From the NCBI GenBank assembly GCA_016748015.1, contig JAAOMT010000028.1, positions 78,001 to 142,000 on the forward strand: a stretch of 64,000 bases of DNA, given 5' to 3'. The notes below the pieces were generated by a model, which saw only the letters and a list, made by a program, of their open reading frames with translations, had not been told where the DNA came from and did no database searches. The position numbers were made by a program, and so were the translations under genes. The stretch is from Geosiphon pyriformis uo1 (taxonomy: Eukaryota > Fungi > Glomeromycota). Positions 61,099-64,000 of this stretch are shown here, piece by piece (position 1 is the stretch's first letter; each line of letters begins with the position of its first letter).

Positions 61099-64000
61099 TC
61101 ACCCATATTTTGTAATCAACTTTTGTTTATCCTCTGGTCGTAATTTCAATACGGTTGAAAGGACCTGAATAAGTTGCGGCTATTATTTGCAAAAACAAAA
61201 ATTTAGTGTCATTTTCCCATAATTTTATTAATTTATTAAAAAATTTACCCTTTCTTTTTTCGATTCCAAAAATTTCAGCACAACTGATCGTATATATTTC
61301 AATTGTACATCGTCTTCCCTTAAGGAAGTCGAATGTGAAACTGATGAAGAGATGGTGTTGTTAGGTAGATTAAATCCTGTGGAAGATGAGGTTGTAGGTG
61401 TGCCTGGCGGTGTTGACCTTACAGAATATGAAGGGGAAGTGGGAGGGTGTAAGGGAGATGTTGGTGGCCTATCAGAAGCAGCCGAATTTAGCTTTTGAAG
61501 TTTACGAATTTCATCCTTTAAAGTCTAATTAATTTCATTGTTAATAGATTAGGTTACTTTGGGATAATATACAGACAAAGTGGCTAATTTTGATTCTTTT
61601 GTGGTTTTTATCATTAAAGCTTTTCCCAAAATATCACACGATCAAAAAAAACTTTTACCTTGTTTACCGTGCGTAAATGACTTTCACGCATCCGAGATTC
61701 TTCAAGCAGTTGTTCATGCTGCTGCTTGTCTCGTTGAGCTGTTGTTTCTATATCATGGTATTCATTCTAATAAATGATTTTTTCCAATCTTATTACAATA
61801 GTATAGCGAAGTTTCTTGAAAGAGGTATGTATAAAAATCTCCTTTACCAATTTGGTCTCTAAAATTCCAATTTCAGTGCGCAAACCATTAATTGTTTCCT
61901 CCAATTTAACAGCTTGTTCTTTCAAGGACCTATTTTCAAATTCTAACATTTGAATTCGACCATCTTCTTCTCTATATTTTCTCAATGCAACATTGGCTTC
62001 CTCTTCTCTGTTTTCGACCATATGTTGAACAATCGATAATTCTTGTTCAGCATTGTCCCTAGCCAATTTGAAATCTTCGACTTGTTTCTGTAATGAGGAG
62101 ATTTTCTTTTCTGATTCGCTTTTGATCTCCATAAATTTGATTTTTAGAGTTTCCAATTCTTTGGATTTTTCTTTATCCGATCGTTTCTTATCCGATAACT
62201 CTTCTTCCATAGCTTGTGCTCGTTCCTCGCATTCCTTTAACTGATGGGTCAATTCGGTAGTACGATGCTGTAAATTTTCCAGCAACGATTGTGATGATTC
62301 GAATTCCGCTTCTTTAATTTGGTATTGATCAAACAAAGAATCCTTTTCCTCGCGTAACTTTCCGCTAATTGACTCGAGTCGAGTGATTTGTGCCGACTTA
62401 GCTGTGATTTCCTTATTTAAGCGAGCTGTCTCTTGTTTCAATGTTTGACTCGAGGTTTGCTCGATGTTCGCTATTGAATCTTGAAATCGAACAATTTCTT
62501 CACTCAGTTCACGGTTTTCTTCTTCCAATACCGTAATTTTTTGCTTTAGATTTTTCACAACTGAAAGGGATTTGTTATGCTTTTCCTTTTCCTCAGTATG
62601 CTGCTTTTGTAAATTTGCAATTTCAGAGTTATGGTCGTTTATGGTGGCTTTAGCTATCGATATAGAGTCTTTGAGTTCTCTTTCACGAGACATGGAAATA
62701 TTTAATCGAGATTCAACATCAGATAATTTTTCTAACGCAGTAGTTTTTGCACTATGAAGTTGAGTAATATCTGATTCGAGCAGTCGATAGTTTTTCTCTT
62801 TTAAAGTTAATTTCTCCTTTGATCGATCCAATTCCACCGAAATATTAATAAATCTTGCCTGAGATTTCTCTAAATCTTGAATTAATTTATCTTTCCCATT
62901 AATTAGTTCATCACGTTCTTTCAAAAGTTCATTGATACGTTGATTTGAGGACTTTAATTCTTCATTCAAAATCATGAGATCGTCCTTTTTGACAAGTTCT
63001 TCGTTAGTTTGTGTTGATTGTGATGTTGTGTCTCGGCTTTCTTCAATTTCTGAAACTTGGGCTTTCATACAATCTATAGTCGACTCTGATATTTCTTTAA
63101 ATGAAGAGGAAATTTCTTCTTTTTCAGATTGCAGTTTGATTAGGTTTTTATCTTTCTCGTCGATAGGAGTCGTTAATATACCGGTAGAAATTTCTAGATC
63201 CTCAATATGCTTTTTCTGCTTTGCTGATTGTAATTCTTCAATTATTGATGATTTTTCCTTTTCTAGTTGTTCTACTTTTTCACGATAACTTTCGATGTTC
63301 TGATGCAACTGCTCAATTGTGAATGTCATTGTATTTAAATTTTCAATTTCTTTCTCCTGTTTAGCCTGGCTTAATTCCTGACTTCTAAGCATCGAATCAA
63401 TGCGTCGCTCAAGCTCCTCAATCTTTGATTCGTATTCAGTTTTGATGCTATCGATTTCTGTGCGATGTACTTCATATTTTTCTTGATCTTGCTCCTCAGT
63501 TCGATCTTCAAAATTTTGGGCTACTTGAAGAGATTCACTCATTTTTGCGCTAGATTCTAATTTATTCTTCAATTCGATCAGTTCCTATAAATAAATTTAG
63601 AAAACTTGAAATTAATAAATTTAACTAGACCCGTCGTAAACTTATTATTCTCTAATTTAACATACCTCTTGCTGTTTTTCTAGTTTATTCTGAAGTCCTT
63701 CGATAATTTCGGATTGGGAAGAAGCTTCTATTTTATGAATTTCATGCAATTTTTCCAATTGTTGGTTTTGCTCTAGAGTCGAGAATAAATGGGTGAATAA
63801 ATGAAAAGTAAATATAAACAAAATTTGACTCATTTAAACTTACCATCATAATCTTGGGTTAGCCTTTTTATCTCTTCCATTGACATCTATATTTGGGGAT
63901 TAAAGTAATAAATTTGATTGGCTATTAGAATATAGAGTTTTCTGATCTGATCAACGATACTTTCGAAAAGGAAATTTTGTAATAAGAACCTCACTCCTAA
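61099..64000 (-). CDS. GRIP-domain golgin (Imh1/golgin-97-like), 3' part; the gene starts beyond the window
   Basis: More than 600 aa of heptad coiled coil, then a S/P-rich linker and EDDVQLKYIRSVVLKFLE...PQLIQVLSTVLKLRPEDKQKL (GRIP); stop at 61099-61101. Confidence 0.82.

Overview
Eukaryotic, intron-containing fungal DNA. Gene content and transposon style suggest an early-diverging (Glomeromycotina/Mucoromycota-like) fungus; this is an inference. The window is split into compartments. (1) 1-30.1 kb is a CpG-depleted, AT-rich transposon block holding a four-level nest: a LINE, then a solo LTR, then Ty3/gypsy element A (minus strand), then an almost complete Ty3/gypsy element B (plus strand, 8606-18468). 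Each insertion has a readable 4-bp target-site duplication. (2) 30.4-45.9 kb is a compact CpG-retaining island of 7 genes: MMADHC/cblD-like, p24, MBF1, arrestin-like, Vac1/Pep7, anoctamin/Ist2 and UPF3. It also contains two unexplained, highly base-paired non-coding blocks at 42.0-43.5 kb. (3) 46.2-60.9 kb is a second decayed TE block with LINE fragments and solo/partial LTRs. (4) 61.1-64 kb is the 3' part of a GRIP-domain golgin gene. The most striking biology is the architecture shared by the two divergent gypsy families. They encode one Gag-PR-[Cys-rich domain]-dUTPase-RT-RNaseH polyprotein, probably GUG-initiated, that stops after RNase H. The integrase is a SEPARATE ORF, and a conserved third ORF ends in 'DF(D/N)(E/K)(A/T)QS*' directly on the polypurine tract. 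The repeats show a transition-dominated, RIP-like decay gradient.
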